Assembly: GCA_012515725.1 (NCBI GenBank)
Contig: JAAYXU010000262.1
Span: 1 to 19,982 of the forward strand
Direction: 5' to 3'
Source: Clostridiales bacterium
GTDB lineage: Bacteria; Bacillota; Clostridia; Christensenellales; UMGS416
DNA: 19,982 nucleotides
The notes under the pieces are model-generated. The model was not told the DNA's origin. It made no database searches and saw nothing but the letters and a program-made list of their open reading frames with translations. A program made the position numbers and the translations under genes. This document shows positions 17,395-19,982 of the stretch, piece after piece; position 1 is the first letter of the stretch, and each line of letters starts with the position of its first letter.

Positions 17395-18867
17395 ATGAAG
17401 TATCTTTTATTGGCGGTTTATGCCGCTATGCTCGTCGTTATTGCACTCTACACAGCCAAGCGTAACAAGACACTCAACGATTTCTTTCTGGGCGGGCGCA
17501 ACATGGGGGCATGGATGAGCGCATTCGCCTACGGCACGTCCTATTTCTCGGCGGTCATATTTATCGGATACGCCGGGAAAATCGGCTGGGGATTCGGTCT
17601 GGCAGCGGTATGGATCGGCATAGGAAACGCGCTGATCGGGAGCCTGCTGGCCTGGCTGGTACTGGGCAAGCGGACAAGGGTCATTACCCATCGACTGAAC
17701 GTCGCGACCATGCCCGATTTCTTCGAGAAGCGGTTTAATAGCCGTGGACTCAAGATTCTTTCGGCTATAATCATATTCCTGTTTCTGGTCCCCTATTCGG
17801 CATCGGTATACCAGGGGCTCAGTTATCTGTTTGAGGAAGTCTTTAATATCCCGTTCCTGTACTGCATACTGGGCATGGCGATACTGACGGGCGTGTATCT
17901 GGTGATTGGCGGTTACCTGGCCACCGCGATATCGGACTTCGTGCAGGGTACCATCATGCTCATAGGCATCGTAATGGTCATTTTCTTCGTGGTGCGCAGC
18001 CCCGAGGTCGGAGGTCTCTCGGAGGGACTCAGTCGTCTTGCACAGATAGACGGGAAACTGGTTTCGGCATCAGGCCCGCCCGGATGGGCGCAGCTCCTGT
18101 CGCTCGTTTTCCTTACCAGCCTTGGCAGCTGGGGTCTGCCGCAGATGCTTCACAAGTTCTACGCGATCCGCGACGAGCAGGCTATCCGCCGCGGCACGGT
18201 GATATCGACGCTGTTTGCTATAGCCGTAGCGGGCGGCGCGTACTTTATCGGCGTATTCGGACGGCTTTTCCTCAGCGGCGTTCCTGTGGACCCGGCGACC
18301 GGAGCGGCCAACTTCGACATGATCATGCCACAGGTACTAGCGACAGCACTCAACAATGTCGACGCGCTCATAGGCATCGTCGTGGTGCTGGTGCTGTCGG
18401 CAAGCATGTCGACGCTGTCTTCACTGGTACTTGTTTCAAGCTCGGCCATCAGCATGGATCTTGTTAGCGGCATCATGATGCCCGGGATGGGCGAGAAGAA
18501 GGTCCATGCGCTCATGCGTATACTGTGCGGGGTGTTTGTCGTGCTGTCTGTCATGCTGGCAGTCTTCAAGCTTAGCACCATCGTCACGCTCATGTCACTT
18601 TCATGGGGTACGATATCGGGCGCGTTCCTTGGGCCCTTCGTGTGGGGCCTGTACATGAAGCGAGCGACCCGCGCCGGCGCGTGGGCAGGCATGCTGGCGG
18701 GACTGGGAACATCGATAGCGCTCAATCTCTTTGCCCCGGAGATGGGCGCTCCCATGGCGGGATGCTTCGCGATGGCGGCTTCGCTGGTCGTAACACCGCT
18801 CGTAAGCCTTGTGACAAAGCCACTTCCGGCCATAACCGTAAAGCCTGTACTCGAGAAAGTGTCCTGA
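17395..18867 (+). CDS. Sodium:solute symporter family (SSF) transporter, PanF/PutP-like
   Basis: FFLGGRNMGAWMSAFAYGTSYFSAVIFIGYAGKIGWGFG is the SSF N-terminal signature. About 13 TM helices follow. The start is placed at ATG 17395 (MKYLLLAVYA...) with GGAAGGA about 10 nt upstream. The ORF-track TTG at 17368 and ATG at 17383 lack spacing. Confidence 0.8.
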   Translation: MKYLLLAVYAAMLVVIALYTAKRNKTLNDFFLGGRNMGAWMSAFAYGTSYFSAVIFIGYAGKIGWGFGLAAVWIGIGNALIGSLLAWLVLGKRTRVITHRLNVATMPDFFEKRFNSRGLKILSAIIIFLFLVPYSASVYQGLSYLFEEVFNIPFLYCILGMAILTGVYLVIGGYLATAISDFVQGTIMLIGIVMVIFFVVRSPEVGGLSEGLSRLAQIDGKLVSASGPPGWAQLLSLVFLTSLGSWGLPQMLHKFYAIRDEQAIRRGTVISTLFAIAVAGGAYFIGVFGRLFLSGVPVDPATGAANFDMIMPQVLATALNNVDALIGIVVVLVLSASMSTLSSLVLVSSSAISMDLVSGIMMPGMGEKKVHALMRILCGVFVVLSVMLAVFKLSTIVTLMSLSWGTISGAFLGPFVWGLYMKRATRAGAWAGMLAGLGTSIALNLFAPEMGAPMAGCFAMAASLVVTPLVSLVTKPLPAITVKPVLEKVS

Positions 18868-18890
18868 CAGGAAGGAAGCGAATGCGAATG

Positions 18891-18920
18891 GAGCGGCCCG
18901 CGCGGCCGCTCTTTTTATTT
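18891..18920 (+). terminator. Rho-independent terminator of the symporter gene
   Basis: GAGCGGCC-CGCGC-GGCCGCTC is a perfect 8-bp GC stem. It is followed by TTTTTATTT, 24 nt after the stop. Confidence 0.8.
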
Positions 18921-19128
18921 GGCAGGACTTTCTCAAACTGATTTTAAATATTTGGGTGCGTGTTAAGCAAAGAACCCGGAACAATCGTTTTAGCTCTGTC
19001 ATATTCTGCTTAGGCCGCGAAGAGTATTCAAATTTGCTGCCAACTCCTGTTCGCAGGATACCAGCCCATATATGTCCGCGTATATCGAATGGGGCCGAGG
19101 AAATACTAGAAACGCGACGAGAGGTGAA

Positions 19129-19530
19129 ATGATGGCTAGGATCGCAAAGATGGCTGGCATAGTTATATTGTGCATGTTTGCGATGGCGGGCATACTGCCC
19201 TCCTGTCCTTATTTGCGCCTTTCACAGCCTGTCCGGGTGATGGGCCGGGACGGACGCGTATGCAGCGTCGTCCAGGCCCGCTGTCAGGGAGCGCTGTCCG
19301 ACGCCGCGATGGACCTGTGGCTCCGACGCGCGTTCGACACGTATCGCGCTCCCATTACCTATGAATGGGATGACGGACGGCTGCGGGTCGCCTCGGGACT
19401 GTCGCGCGACTCTAGCGCTCCGCTCCCGGGCGCTGCGTTTAATGTGCAGGGGATGATTCGATATGATAGTTGGCTGGACGCGACCGTCCTCACGCTGGGA
19501 AATCCGTCGCTTCCCACCGAAGGATGGTAA
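19129..19530 (+). CDS. Hypothetical small membrane-anchored or secreted protein immediately upstream of murA
   Basis: The GAGAGGTG SD precedes the tandem ATGs at 19129 and 19132. The N-terminal anchor is MMARIAKMAGIVILCMFAMAGILPSC. The stop at 19530 is 1 nt before the murA ATG. No family was recognised; it could be a short YwmB-like protein, but that is a guess. Confidence 0.45.
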   Translation: MMARIAKMAGIVILCMFAMAGILPSCPYLRLSQPVRVMGRDGRVCSVVQARCQGALSDAAMDLWLRRAFDTYRAPITYEWDDGRLRVASGLSRDSSAPLPGAAFNVQGMIRYDSWLDATVLTLGNPSLPTEGW

Positions 19531-19531
19531 T

Positions 19532-19982
19532 ATGAAGGACATGATGATCGTGGAGGGCGGCGTGGCGCTTAAAGGCGCCGTGAATATCTCTCCGTCCAAG
19601 AACAGCGTGCTGCCGCTCATGGCGGCAACGCTGCTCACCCAGGAGAGCGTTACGTTGCATCCGGTACCTGACTTATCGGATGTCCGGAAAATGGTAATGC
19701 TGCTGGAGAGCACCGGTCAGCGTATACGCTGGGATAAGGATACGCTGACCCTCACGTGCGGCGACCACTGCCGTCCCGAGACCGATCAGGCGTCAACCCG
19801 GGCGATGCGCGCGTCCTTTCTGGTACTGGGGCCGTTGGCGGCGCGATTCGGGCGGGCCAGCGTATCGTTTCCGGGAGGCTGCGAGATAGGAGAGCGCCCG
19901 GTGGACCTGCACCTCAAGGGCCTGATGGCGCTGGGAGCAAAGATAGAGTGCCGCCATGGACTCATCGAAGCCAGATGCGAGA
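19532..19982 (+). CDS. murA: UDP-N-acetylglucosamine 1-carboxyvinyltransferase MurA (5' part; continues beyond the window)
   Basis: GAAGGATGG SD precedes ATG 19532. The N-terminus MKDMMIVEGGVALKGAVNISPSKNSVLPLMAATLL...VPDLSDV...RASFLVLGPLAARFG is MurA/EPT-family. The frame is open to the window end. Confidence 0.85.
   Translation, partial: MKDMMIVEGGVALKGAVNISPSKNSVLPLMAATLLTQESVTLHPVPDLSDVRKMVMLLESTGQRIRWDKDTLTLTCGDHCRPETDQASTRAMRASFLVLGPLAARFGRASVSFPGGCEIGERPVDLHLKGLMALGAKIECRHGLIEARCE

Noticed and set aside
17168-17398. 76-aa + strand ORF in the MFS/symporter intergenic region
   Set aside because: No SD. AT-rich codon usage unlike the genome. It reads through the near-consensus symporter promoter and overlaps the symporter start.
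18868-19128. Looked for a defined promoter (sigma-A or sigH-like AGGATA...GAAT) upstream of the small protein and murA pair
   Set aside because: Spacings between the candidate -35 and -10 elements do not fit any consensus (13 or about 30 nt). No call is made.

Overview
High-GC (about 62-65%) chromosomal segment from a spore-forming Firmicute, most likely a Clostridia member, judging by spoIIP, a cwlD-like amidase and the secA-prfB linkage. Almost all of it is tightly packed core genes. The + strand carries a stand-alone AlaX-type editing protein (3' end), an NfeD-like protein plus an SPFH/flotillin pair, and a translationally coupled secA-prfB-cyclase-membrane protein-tsaD string. Further along the + strand are a CwlD-like amidase, rhamnulokinase, an uncharacterised Ogl-like beta-propeller protein, sdaAB-sdaAA, a sodium:solute symporter, a small membrane-anchored protein and the start of murA. 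The - strand carries spoIIP and an MFS transporter. I see no CRISPR array, transposase, integrase, phage genes, tRNA/rRNA or obvious defence system. The least explained region is the roughly 520-bp AT-rich divergent intergenic between the MFS and symporter genes (16873-17394). It holds a strong intrinsic terminator in an orientation that has no cognate gene, next to a double Shine-Dalgarno micro-ORF whose antisense would be a CU-rich small RNA. Other points worth a second look: prfB lacks the usual programmed +1 frameshift; the NfeD protein has a long poly-acidic loop; an orphan rhaB sits with an Ogl-like gene downstream of cwlD; and tsaD is separated from tsaB/tsaE in this window. All calls rest on motif recognition by eye and six-frame ORF logic; no database searches were run.
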